In this document: positions 1 through 8,819 of the stretch, in pieces
How positions within the stretch are numbered: position 1 is the first letter of the stretch
How the letters are laid out: each line of letters starts with the position of its first letter
Assembly: GCA_964647565.1 (NCBI GenBank)
Contig: CAZYIM010000043.1
Span: 1-18,165, forward strand
Source of the DNA: an uncultured Methanosarcinales archaeon
Lineage (GTDB): Archaea; Nanobdellota; Nanobdellia; Woesearchaeales; CAZYIM01
DNA: 18,165 nucleotides
Direction of reading: 5' to 3'
The notes under the pieces: model-generated
The model's database searches: none
What the model saw: the letters and a program-made list of their open reading frames with translations, nothing else
What the model was told of the DNA's origin: nothing
Program-made: the position numbers and the translations under genes

Positions 1-662
1 GCCATATGCAGGTTACCTTTTGCGGATCCTAATGTTTTTCCGTATGGATCATCACCTATCTCATACCGTTCGTAATGTAGCTTTGCATGATTCATGAATG
101 TTCTTGCTAAATTTGCATCTATCTCCCCTTCAGATTTAACTATTTTTAGACCAATTGCTTGGGATGGATTATTTTTTGCAGCTTGATATAATTCGAGATG
201 TGCTTCATAATAATCATTTGCATCGTGTAATAACTTTTTCTGTTCTTCAATGTCTTCTTTTTCAACAGCCTGAGCAAATCTGCAATATCCTATCCCTTCA
301 AGGGAATGGCTAGTTGACCAAAAGTCACTTAGAATAGCATCTCTCGTCTTAGAGTTGATCAGATCAGAATTTTTTAATCCGTATAAGTCTGATACAGATT
401 TTGCCCAATCCTCTGCTTCGTATCCGTTGATATATCCTGAGGCTATTAACCTCGTATCGGGATCCTGTTTTTTTATAAAATCAGAAACATCTAATTTGTC
501 TTCAATGGGAATCTTCAGGGAATCGTTATTTGCTTTGTAGACTGAATCTGCTATTGTAAATATTTCTTGGTTTCTTTCAGTATATTTATCTGTTTTTGCA
601 CAGCAAAAAGCAGTTGCAAATACCAATGCCGTCGTACTTAATAGTTTTACTATGTTTTTCAT
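1..662 (-). CDS. Secreted, possibly lipid-anchored hypothetical protein, 3' end beyond the window (absent from the ORF track)
   Basis: Manual translation from ATG at 662 is open to base 1: MKNIVKLLSTTALVFATAFCCAKTDKYTERNQEIF...KKLLHDANDYYEAHLELYQAAK...GNLHM. Basic N-terminus, hydrophobic stretch, then Cys-Cys (signal peptide/lipobox-like); helical, TPR-like middle. Confidence 0.8.
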   Translation of the reverse strand, partial: MKNIVKLLSTTALVFATAFCCAKTDKYTERNQEIFTIADSVYKANNDSLKIPIEDKLDVSDFIKKQDPDTRLIASGYINGYEAEDWAKSVSDLYGLKNSDLINSKTRDAILSDFWSTSHSLEGIGYCRFAQAVEKEDIEEQKKLLHDANDYYEAHLELYQAAKNNPSQAIGLKIVKSEGEIDANLARTFMNHAKLHYERYEIGDDPYGKTLGSAKGNLHM

Positions 663-887
663 TCATATCGCCTTTTATTAATTTTATTCATTAGGCTAGC
701 ATAGATATATATAAAATATTCTGTATAATATATAACAGATGCCAGATTTAATATGAATATTTTCCGGCAAAGTAATAATTTATAGATTGAAATTTAATTT
801 TTTTGAAATAGTTTGGTAATTGTATTTCTCCTATCCACCACAACAGTCATCGCTTTTTTTTAATTACTTATAAGTAGTAAAAAAATA

Positions 888-901
888 GAAAACTTTATAA
901 A
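888..901 (+). promoter_or_regulatory. BRE + TATA box; probably a leaderless transcript for the 928 gene
   Basis: GAAAACTTTATAAA ends about 26 nt before ATG 928; no SD before the ATG. Confidence 0.6.
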
Positions 902-927
902 CCCATTCTGATGCAATACCCTGCATA

Positions 928-1704
928 ATGGCAAACTTTGTGACAAGCTTAGAATACACAACACTTGAAGATGATATCAGAAGCGAGACCTTTGCAGTTG
1001 TTCACTCAGGAACATGTTTTAAGAATTATTTCGATGTCTCCTTTGTAGCAGAACCTGAAAAAGTTTCCTCTAAAGCATTTCAGCATATGCAAACTCTAAA
1101 GAACGCAGTCGAATTATCCATAGATAAATTTAATGAATTAAAAAAGGTCTTTAAGAATGAATTTTTTATCCCTAACTTAATTTCTCACCTACTCTCAAAA
1201 CTTTATTTTGAAGAAGATGCTGCTTATAATAGGTTTTTTTATGAAGAGATAGATCAAGTTACCAATGGTAAACTTCTTAGAAGGCCTAAATATCACGCAT
1301 CAGGCATCATAATTCCGGAAGGTAATCACATCAGGGTAAAAAAAAACTCGAGACAAATTGCTAAGACAATAACACACGAATGGGGACACAATGGACATAA
1401 GCTCTTATCCAACAAACAAACACCGAATAAGATCAAATCTTACTTGCGGCCATTAATAAACAATCCAGGAAACATGTCTTTCTACAGCCACTATGATTCT
1501 GTAACGAAAGAGATTTTTGCCATCAACATGGCCAGAACCATAGGCAGGAGAGAATATTTTTCAGAGCCTTGGGTAACTGCAAACGATCTTCTTGATCAAC
1601 TCGAAACAGTTCCTAAATTTGCTGAACGTTCAACAAGTGAACAAATGCTTATGCTTCTGAACATAACTGACCATACGCAGGTCATGAATTATTTTAAAGG
1701 GTGA
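928..1704 (+). CDS. Hypothetical protein with HExxH zincin-like metal-binding motif
   Basis: 258 aa ORF; TITHEWGHNGH at about 1375-1389, with a downstream Glu (KEIFA) as possible third ligand. Ends in TGA, in frame with the next ORF. Confidence 0.7.
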   Translation: MANFVTSLEYTTLEDDIRSETFAVVHSGTCFKNYFDVSFVAEPEKVSSKAFQHMQTLKNAVELSIDKFNELKKVFKNEFFIPNLISHLLSKLYFEEDAAYNRFFYEEIDQVTNGKLLRRPKYHASGIIIPEGNHIRVKKNSRQIAKTITHEWGHNGHKLLSNKQTPNKIKSYLRPLINNPGNMSFYSHYDSVTKEIFAINMARTIGRREYFSEPWVTANDLLDQLETVPKFAERSTSEQMLMLLNITDHTQVMNYFKG

Positions 1705-1707
1705 AAT

Positions 1708-2532
1708 ATGAACTTCGGAGACCAATTAATAAAAAACGCAGAAAAGATGTCAGGTCTTGAGATGGTTTATAAAAAAAATGAATTTGAGATTTATAGAGAG
1801 AACTATGATTTTCCAGAAGATGAAATTCAATGTCAAGTAAAATTTATGCTTACAACAGACATATATGGCCTGCAACATAGGTTGGGAATTCTTCATGTTG
1901 ATAAAAAAAAGGTACAATATATTGAAAGCGATTATTCCTCAGAGTTCATGGCTGCATTGTTCAAAGAGGCATCATTTACAAGATTCCCTTTCAAGAAACT
2001 CTTTAAAGAGTACTTCCACGTTCCCAAGGCGACTGCAAGCATGATCAATCAGTATCATGAAACCAGACAAAATGCGTGGATCCATGAGAATGAAATCGGT
2101 TTTCTCTATAAAAACAATTATTATGAGCATTTTGAAGCACCTTTAGTTGGTAAAAAGGTAAGGAAAACTAAAAAAATAAAAAGTGCTCAAGCAAAATCAT
2201 TAATCAACAGCGAATTGTTTTATTGCAGCGCAATTGTATTTGAAAGCAATCCAAAGGTGATGATACATGCAATGGGACTTGAAGGACACAACGTTCTGTT
2301 ACCTTTTGCCCTGGACAAAATCATTAATCTTGCAAATCAACCGCCTCAAAAGATCTATTATTGTTTCAATGAAAAAGAGATTAAGAAGAATAAGATTGTT
2401 TGTCCTGAATTGTATATTCTGGAAGCCAAAGCAATTTTAGAATTAAAAAAACTAGACATCCCAATTGAGATTATCCAGCAAGATGATATGAAAGTCAAAA
2501 TGAGTAATCACAAAGGCATTGAATTTCTTTAA
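1708..2532 (+). CDS. Hypothetical protein; C-terminal part has a CNF1/CheD/YfiH-like Cys...His motif
   Basis: 274 aa ORF; GGGTGA SD-like sequence before the ATG; LFYCSAIVFESNPKVMIHAMG. The ORF is credible, the function is tentative. Confidence 0.65.
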   Translation: MNFGDQLIKNAEKMSGLEMVYKKNEFEIYRENYDFPEDEIQCQVKFMLTTDIYGLQHRLGILHVDKKKVQYIESDYSSEFMAALFKEASFTRFPFKKLFKEYFHVPKATASMINQYHETRQNAWIHENEIGFLYKNNYYEHFEAPLVGKKVRKTKKIKSAQAKSLINSELFYCSAIVFESNPKVMIHAMGLEGHNVLLPFALDKIINLANQPPQKIYYCFNEKEIKKNKIVCPELYILEAKAILELKKLDIPIEIIQQDDMKVKMSNHKGIEFL

Positions 2533-2547
2533 ATCTTAAAAAGCATA

Positions 2548-2561
2548 GAAAACTTTTTAAG
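2548..2561 (+). promoter_or_regulatory. BRE + TATA-like box upstream of the glycosyltransferase
   Basis: GAAAACTTTTTAAG, same pattern as the other promoters in the window. Confidence 0.45.
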
Positions 2562-2635
2562 CGTCTAATATCTTTTTTAATCGGGGGGAGTAAAGAATCT
2601 TTGAGAACATATCATTTTTCATTTTTGATTTTATA

Positions 2636-4201
2636 ATGGAGAAATACTTCTATATTCTTTTGGCGAGTTTTATCATTTTAATTATATTAATGGTTCAAAG
2701 TTTTGGAAAAATTAAAGGTGAATTCAAAAAAATTAAGAAAAATACCTGGTTATTGTTATTAGCTATCTTTATTCTCGCAATTATTCTTAGGATAAGCCTA
2801 TCTCCTATGCATGATACTGATCAATCATTGGGTCATGAGTATCTTTTAAGTGCAAAGGCTTTTCTATATCAACAGAGATATGTAAATTGTGCAAGAGGCA
2901 CATTTAACGATTGCCTTTTTGAAAAGATGCCACAACATCCAGGTGGTTACCCGTTATTGTTGAGTGGTTTTTTCCTTTTATTTGGAACTTCAATAAAGAC
3001 AGCCATAGGATTTAACATATTATTTAGCAGCCTTACACTAATTGTGGTCTTTCTTATAGGCCAGCTTATTTTCAAGAACAAGACTGTTGCATTATTGGCT
3101 GCCCTCACTTTAGCTGTATTGAAATCACATATATTTTTTGCAGGCACTGCAAATGCTACTTCAATAAATCTTTTTTTTATATCACTATCAATATTAACAG
3201 TGTTGCTTGCATTCAGGATTAAGGATTATAGTATATATGGCCTGGCAATCGGATCTTTTTTGTTTACTGTGCATATTGCAAGTGAGAATATTTTCCTGAT
3301 TTTAGTTTATATCATCGCATTTTTCTTATTAAAACAGGATCCCAACATTATAAATTTCAAGGAAATAAAAAAATATGCGAAGAAAAATACACCTCCTATT
3401 TTAATCATATTTATTTTATTAATTATGATCCTAAGTGTTTTTATATTTCCGATCTATCAGAGCAATAACCCTTTATTTAATCCAGAAGGGGAAAAGACAT
3501 TCTCAATTAACAATTTTAACAGGGACAAAAGCTTGATCGTTCAGGAGATCTTACGATTGACCCCATTTAACATTGTTCTTCTTTTTGCCTTTCTCAACTG
3601 GAAAAAACAACAAAACTTAGTACTGGTTTTCTTGATAATGATTCTAGTGTTCTCTTTGATGTATGCTGCATATTTCTGGGACGATATGCATAGGTATATG
3701 GTTACAACCTATACTGCATTTGCCCTGCTTGTTGGACTTGGTTTTAGCAATGCAATTGCATATCTAAAGAAAAAGAGCTCACTATCCTCAAAATGGATCT
3801 ATGTTCTAGTTTTCCTGTTAATAGCTGTATATCTTGCTAAAAGCAATATGATTGAAGAAGGTTCTGATTCCAATATCCGTTATGTAATTCATAAATTACC
3901 TAAAGACAGCTATGTCTTGATACCAGTGCCAAGCGATGTCAGAGTTGCTTTTTTTGAATCAGACTACACGATTCTTGACGAAGATTATTTCAAAAAATTA
4001 AATCCTGACGAACTCAAACAATTCATCAATGAGCCAAACCCAAAATATTTCATAAGAACCAGATGCCAGCATACAAGTGACAATGGCTGTGAATATGTTG
4101 AAGAGACTTTCTATCTTGAAATCGTATCATTACGTAAAAATAATGGACAATTCTTAAAGGACTGTGAATTATATAAGATTACTGGACTGAAAAAAAGCTA
4201 A
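2636..4201 (+). CDS. GT-C fold membrane glycosyltransferase (family 39, ArnT/PMT-like)
   Basis: 521 aa with many TM segments; LAIILRI followed by an acidic loop (DTD...HEY), HPGGYPLLL motif, RYMV near the last TMs, soluble C-terminal domain. Confidence 0.8.
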   Translation: MEKYFYILLASFIILIILMVQSFGKIKGEFKKIKKNTWLLLLAIFILAIILRISLSPMHDTDQSLGHEYLLSAKAFLYQQRYVNCARGTFNDCLFEKMPQHPGGYPLLLSGFFLLFGTSIKTAIGFNILFSSLTLIVVFLIGQLIFKNKTVALLAALTLAVLKSHIFFAGTANATSINLFFISLSILTVLLAFRIKDYSIYGLAIGSFLFTVHIASENIFLILVYIIAFFLLKQDPNIINFKEIKKYAKKNTPPILIIFILLIMILSVFIFPIYQSNNPLFNPEGEKTFSINNFNRDKSLIVQEILRLTPFNIVLLFAFLNWKKQQNLVLVFLIMILVFSLMYAAYFWDDMHRYMVTTYTAFALLVGLGFSNAIAYLKKKSSLSSKWIYVLVFLLIAVYLAKSNMIEEGSDSNIRYVIHKLPKDSYVLIPVPSDVRVAFFESDYTILDEDYFKKLNPDELKQFINEPNPKYFIRTRCQHTSDNGCEYVEETFYLEIVSLRKNNGQFLKDCELYKITGLKKS

Positions 4202-4255
4202 TCAATAGTCACAATATACAAAAATTATTTAATAAAAATTTTAATACAAGAAGTT

Positions 4256-6409
4256 ATGGGTTTCCTGGGTGGTTTTAAAAAATTAAGAAAATTAGCAATA
4301 AAAAGTTCATTTCTTCTATTACCATTTTTTAGCACAGGAGCTTTATATGCTCAAGAGCAAGCCAAAGAGTGTTTTGTGTGCCCTGAAATCTCTCCTAAAA
4401 TAACTATTGACGGTAAGTTAGATGAAGATGAATGGCAAAATGCTGCCCTTTTTGAGAACTTTACGCAGATTGAACCATTAGAAGGCTCAAAACCCACTGA
4501 AAAGACCAGGATAAGAATGCTTTGTGGCGATAAATCGCTTTATATTGGCGCTGAATTGGAAGGCCCTGTTACCACCAAGGAAGCTCCAAGGGATTCAAGA
4601 GGCCAGTGGGATGAATTGCAGATAATACTGGATACATTTCTTACCAGAAGCAAGTACTATTCTTTCACACTAAACCCATCTAATGTCCAAAAAGAAAGCA
4701 AAGATGGTGACATGCAATGGGATGATAAATGGGAGAGCAAAACATCTATTACAAACAACGGTTGGATAGCTGAGATCTCTATCCCATACCATATCTTAAA
4801 ATATGATAATAAACCAAGTCAGGAATGGGGTGTAGAATTTAGAAGAGAGATACAAAAGAATAGTCAAGGAAAAAATGAGGAATTAAGCTATTTTGCTAAA
4901 TTAAGGGATGATACTTATCCTGCGGCCAAGAAAGCAGGAGTGATGGAATTTAGGAATCTGCCAAGTTATAAAAGACTGGATCTTCTTCCAAGCCTGCTGT
5001 ATAGCTCTGCAAATAAATCTGATCTATTTGAATTGAACAGCACCTTTTCTACCCTTAACACAGACATAGATCTATTGGTTTTCCCGCATTTCTTATCAAC
5101 CTTCCAGGATATAAAAAGCATAACACCTACAAGATATGAAGTTGCCTATCCTGAAATGAGAGAGTTCTTCAAGAAGATCGATATGTTCAGCGGGGGAGGT
5201 CATAGAGGTGTAAGCGAAGGATACCTATATTCAAGGCGAATAGGCAAAGTGCTGCCTGATGGCAGCAACGTACCGATATTATTTGGTTTAAAGGGTCAAA
5301 CCCAGTTTGGCAAGAACAGGATTGGCGTATTAGAGGTCTTGACCCAGGAAAAGGAATACATTGAAGATGGAGAAGTTAAAATAGAACCAAGGTCCTTGTT
5401 CTCTGCAGGGAGATTCATGCATCATTTTGGCACCAGATCTGATGTCGGTGTTATCTATATGGAAAAACGCGAACTTGGACCAGATAATTTACATAGTGTC
5501 GCAGGAATCGACTTAAATCTTTATTCACCAAATGATCATTATTTGAGAGGCAAGGTTTTTGGCGCTTTCAATCCCGGCAAAAATACAGATGATTTTATGG
5601 CTGATTTTGATGTGGGCCAAAGAACTTCACGTATTTTCTGGAATATTGGTTATTCGAGCATCGGCAAGAATTTCGATCCAAATGAGATTTCGTATTTCAG
5701 GCAGCCTGACAGGAACAACCTATCTGCCAGGGGTCAATATAGCTGGCCAGAACTAACAGGTTTTTTCAGATCCATTGAAGTTGGAGGTTCTGTGTCTCAA
5801 GCATTCAACCAGGCAGGGGATACTAATTACGGGCACTCAATCCGGCTCGATGGCGAGTTTGAGACTCAAGGCTATCATAATCTGCGGTGGAATATAAGCA
5901 GAAGACAGGATAGATTCACTGCCAACGGTGATCAGCTGGAGCAGATGTTCACCTTTCACTCTGCAAGCCTGGATTTTTCATCTGACAGACGAAAAATGCT
6001 TTCAGTCTCCATCGGCCCCAATATAGGGGAAAGCTTTGACTATGACGATGGATACAAGACTTATACAGTAGGCATTGATGCAGGCCTTTCAATCAGGACA
6101 GAAAAAGTTCAGCTTGGTCTAAGTTCCAGGAACAACTTTGATCGTCCGCAACAAAAGATGGATGGCAGGGAAAGCAGGACTCGAGGACTTGATGTCATTT
6201 CGTTCTCATTCTTTTCACCGCCACATATAGTTTCCCTGGCTGCCCAAAATAACAGGGCTTATGACCTAAGGACATTAGATTTACTATATCGTTTTGAGAT
6301 TGGACCTCGTCATTTCCTAAACATAGGCGCTGGAGGATCTTGGTATGATGGAAAAAGAAATCTGAGAGGGTATTTGCAATATAACATCCCATTCTCTTTT
6401 GTCTTTTAG
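4256..6409 (+). CDS. Secreted CBM9-like sugar-binding domain + DUF5916-type beta-rich (barrel-like) protein
   Basis: Signal peptide (...GALYA/QEQ); ITIDGKLDEDEWQNA, FTQIEP, D.LQIILDTF, F.LNPSNVQ, GWIAEISIPY..LKY, YPEMREFF and LYSRRIG match the CBM9-like/DUF5916 family; amphipathic beta strands and terminal Phe. Confidence 0.75.
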   Translation: MGFLGGFKKLRKLAIKSSFLLLPFFSTGALYAQEQAKECFVCPEISPKITIDGKLDEDEWQNAALFENFTQIEPLEGSKPTEKTRIRMLCGDKSLYIGAELEGPVTTKEAPRDSRGQWDELQIILDTFLTRSKYYSFTLNPSNVQKESKDGDMQWDDKWESKTSITNNGWIAEISIPYHILKYDNKPSQEWGVEFRREIQKNSQGKNEELSYFAKLRDDTYPAAKKAGVMEFRNLPSYKRLDLLPSLLYSSANKSDLFELNSTFSTLNTDIDLLVFPHFLSTFQDIKSITPTRYEVAYPEMREFFKKIDMFSGGGHRGVSEGYLYSRRIGKVLPDGSNVPILFGLKGQTQFGKNRIGVLEVLTQEKEYIEDGEVKIEPRSLFSAGRFMHHFGTRSDVGVIYMEKRELGPDNLHSVAGIDLNLYSPNDHYLRGKVFGAFNPGKNTDDFMADFDVGQRTSRIFWNIGYSSIGKNFDPNEISYFRQPDRNNLSARGQYSWPELTGFFRSIEVGGSVSQAFNQAGDTNYGHSIRLDGEFETQGYHNLRWNISRRQDRFTANGDQLEQMFTFHSASLDFSSDRRKMLSVSIGPNIGESFDYDDGYKTYTVGIDAGLSIRTEKVQLGLSSRNNFDRPQQKMDGRESRTRGLDVISFSFFSPPHIVSLAAQNNRAYDLRTLDLLYRFEIGPRHFLNIGAGGSWYDGKRNLRGYLQYNIPFSFVF

Positions 6410-6432
6410 AATCCTTTTAGCTTGATTCTATA

Positions 6433-6446
6433 GAAACTTTTAAATA
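6433..6446 (+). promoter_or_regulatory. BRE + TATA box for the pilin-like gene
   Basis: GAAACTTTTAAATA in the intergenic region; SD GAGGTG precedes ATG 6508. Confidence 0.5.
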
Positions 6447-6507
6447 CTAGTAAAGTTAAAAAGGAGATTATCATAGTTGGTATATTAAAAAAGAAGAGGT
6501 GTATTAT

Positions 6508-7017
6508 ATGAGATTTAACAAAAAAGCTTCTCTAAATCTAAGCATTAACGCTATAGTTGTTCTTGTAATGGCGATGGTGGTCCTTGGATTAGGATTGACG
6601 TTCATCAAGACCCTGTTAGGAACTGCCCAGGACAAGTTCGTCGAGGTTGTCAAGGAAGAGGATATTAAGAATCCTGCAACAGAACAAGATCCATTTAAGA
6701 TCCCAGAAGAGTTGTCGATAAGCGCCAGTAAAGAGAATAAGCTAACCTTTAGCTTTTATAATCTGCATGATTCAGGGAACTATACACCTGAAATTGATAA
6801 TTCTGCGGGTTCGGATTGTGCAAAAATGGGCTTTAAAAAAGGTTATTTATATGTTGAAAAAGGGACTGCAAAATCATTTAGAGCCATAATGCAAGATAAT
6901 GGTACTGTCCGTGGTACAAAAGTATGCACTGTGGGTATAAAGGCATATGACCATGCTTCAACAGGACCCAAAGGACCTTTTGTTGAATCAGAATCTGTCT
7001 TTGTAGACGTAAAATAA
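6508..7017 (+). CDS. Class III signal peptide (type IV pilin-like) protein
   Basis: MRFNKKA/SLNLSINAIVVLVMAMVVLGLGL: basic leader, Ala cleavage site, hydrophobic helix. Start moved to ATG 6508 because the track's GTG lies inside the SD GAGGTG. Confidence 0.75.
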   Translation: MRFNKKASLNLSINAIVVLVMAMVVLGLGLTFIKTLLGTAQDKFVEVVKEEDIKNPATEQDPFKIPEELSISASKENKLTFSFYNLHDSGNYTPEIDNSAGSDCAKMGFKKGYLYVEKGTAKSFRAIMQDNGTVRGTKVCTVGIKAYDHASTGPKGPFVESESVFVDVK

Positions 7018-7027
7018 GGTGATAATA

Positions 7028-7255
7028 ATGGTAAACAATAAAAGACACTTAACCAAGGATGAAGAGTTCCAGATAATGAAATTAGTCATGGATAAGTTCC
7101 TATGGCTTGGAGTAATCATCTTGGCGTTTGGTTTTTATAAGATGATCACAGCTGCCAATATCTGGTTTAGTTTGGCGATAATGGCTGCAGGTATTATCAT
7201 AATGCTGCTGTTCTCAGCTATATTAGTCAGGGAATTCAACTTCATGAAAGTATAA
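7028..7255 (+). CDS. Small two-TM membrane protein
   Basis: MVNNKRHLTKDEEFQIMKLVMDKFLWLG followed by two hydrophobic helices; SD GGTGA upstream of ATG 7028; T-rich run follows. Confidence 0.8.
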   Translation: MVNNKRHLTKDEEFQIMKLVMDKFLWLGVIILAFGFYKMITAANIWFSLAIMAAGIIIMLLFSAILVREFNFMKV

Positions 7256-7283
7256 TTTTTTATTTTCTTTAACTTTATTTTTA
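7256..7283 (+). terminator. T-rich archaeal terminator-like tract
   Basis: TTTTTTATTTTCTTT directly after the stop codon. Confidence 0.4.
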
Positions 7284-7427
7284 GCCAAGCGGGCCTTAAG
7301 AATGTATTCTATAAATATAGAATCGGATAATTAATCTATAATAATATATCATGCGAGCGCCAAATAAAGTTGATTTAATTTTTTTCTTGAAAAATTTTAT
7401 ATAGTAGTGAATTCATAGTTCTTCAAA

Positions 7428-8039
7428 GTGAAGTCAAAAAAGGGTTTTCAACTGTCAATCAATTTTGTAGTGGTATTGATCCTCTGCATAGTGGTCTTTG
7501 CTGGCGGAATAGGCATTTTCTATAAGCTTTTTGTTAATGTACAGCGGACAATGGGTGATGTAAATTCTCAGACTGTTGATCTTCTTAAGAATGCTATGAA
7601 TGCAGGTGATAGTGTTGCTATCTATCCAACTACTTCTGTGACTGTGCCAAGGAAAAAGTATGGCCAGTGGAGCTTGGGCATAACCAATAAGGTTGGTAGA
7701 CAAAAGAATTTCACTGTTATGGTCCGATACAAAAAGATACCCAATAATGATGCTTCAGTTGATGATTGGCCGTTTTATGCAAAAGATAAGGGATATGTTA
7801 TCAAGAATAACGAACAATTATTTGTACCTATAAGAGTATATGTTCCAAAAGAGGCTGATAAGGGACAGTATGTTTTTGATGTTGTAGTTTGCTATAATGA
7901 AACTGGAGTAGTCTTGCCGATTCCTAAACCGCAATGTACATTTGGAGGTGGAATGCTTATGACATTTCAGAATTATAATCCTTCCTCATTAGAAAATATG
8001 TACTCAACCCTTGAGAAGCTATATGTGGTTGTTATTTAG
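7428..8039 (+). CDS. Class III signal peptide (type IV pilin-like) protein
   Basis: MKSKKG/FQLSINFVVVLILCIVVFAGGIGIF; N-terminus resembles the 6508 gene (LSIN.hVVL); Ig-like C-terminus; TATA-like GAAAAATTTTATATA at 7389-7403. Confidence 0.75.
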   Translation: MKSKKGFQLSINFVVVLILCIVVFAGGIGIFYKLFVNVQRTMGDVNSQTVDLLKNAMNAGDSVAIYPTTSVTVPRKKYGQWSLGITNKVGRQKNFTVMVRYKKIPNNDASVDDWPFYAKDKGYVIKNNEQLFVPIRVYVPKEADKGQYVFDVVVCYNETGVVLPIPKPQCTFGGGMLMTFQNYNPSSLENMYSTLEKLYVVVI

Positions 8040-8707
8040 AGGGCTTTTACAAGCTCTCTGAGCACTTTTTCTGGATCTTTGGCCTTAACAACGCCTGATG
8101 CAAGAAGAACTCCTTTTGCCCCTAATTCAAGGGCTTTTGAAATATCTTCTTTAGTATTCACTCCTGCACCGCAAAGTACCTTTATGTTCGGATCAACCTG
8201 GCGTACCTTATCGACAGTGTCCTTTATTATCTCTGGTTTAGCTGTGCTTACAGAAATATCTCCCCCTATCAGTTCAGGAGGTTCAACAGCAATAAAATCA
8301 GGATGAAATGAAGCAATCGCTCTTGCAGTTCTTGCATTATTGGCGCAAACCACCTCGATTAGCTTAGTTTCATTGGCTCTCTCAATACTGTTTTCTATTT
8401 TTTCAAGGTCAAAGCGGTCTTCAGAATGATTTAAGATGCAGCCTGCAGCTCCATTATCCTTGAGTGCTTGGGGCAATATGTGGCCGGTATGTGCTCCATA
8501 ATCAATCGGATCCATATGCTCTGAAAGTACAGGTATTGAAAATTTTTTGCTTATCCTATAAAGGTCTAGTTCTTGTACAGCAATTGCAATATTTTTACCA
8601 CTTTCTCTGGCCACTCTATCACAAATATCAGCCAATATATCTGCGTTTTTTCCTGTTGATTGCTTATAGGTTTTGAAATTTATTATGATTATTGGTGTTT
8701 TTAACAT
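8036..8707 (-). CDS. tpiA: Triosephosphate isomerase, archaeal type
   Basis: INFKTY, LNHSE, AVEPPELIGG, LCGAGV, GVLLASGVVKA motifs; 223 aa, typical of archaeal TIM. Confidence 0.97.
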   Translation of the reverse strand: MLKTPIIIINFKTYKQSTGKNADILADICDRVARESGKNIAIAVQELDLYRISKKFSIPVLSEHMDPIDYGAHTGHILPQALKDNGAAGCILNHSEDRFDLEKIENSIERANETKLIEVVCANNARTARAIASFHPDFIAVEPPELIGGDISVSTAKPEIIKDTVDKVRQVDPNIKVLCGAGVNTKEDISKALELGAKGVLLASGVVKAKDPEKVLRELVKAL

Positions 8708-8732
8708 TTTATAGCCTATTACCCTGAAGTCC

Positions 8733-8787
8733 TATTTAAAGCTTTCTTATAAATCTCATTTATAAAGCCTTGCGAAAGATTTATAAA
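8733..8787. promoter_or_regulatory. Divergent promoter pair (tpiA / DUF655)
   Basis: Minus-strand GAAAGCTTTAAATA (8746-8733) about 26 nt before the tpiA ATG; plus-strand CGAAAGATTTATAAA (8773-8787) before ATG 8820. Confidence 0.6.
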
Positions 8788-8819
8788 TTGTGTGGTTATA
8801 TGTTAGTTGGGGGAGTGAC

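Noticed and set aside
355..540. 61-aa plus-strand ORF
   Set aside because: Antisense shadow of the longer minus-strand gene <1..662.
663..887. AT-rich spacer as replication origin or ncRNA
   Set aside because: No ORB-like repeats or cdc6 neighbour; it is explained by divergent promoters, and the palindromes are low complexity.
8036..8039. 4-nt overlap of convergent stops (pilin-like gene / tpiA)
   Set aside because: Ordinary in compact genomes.
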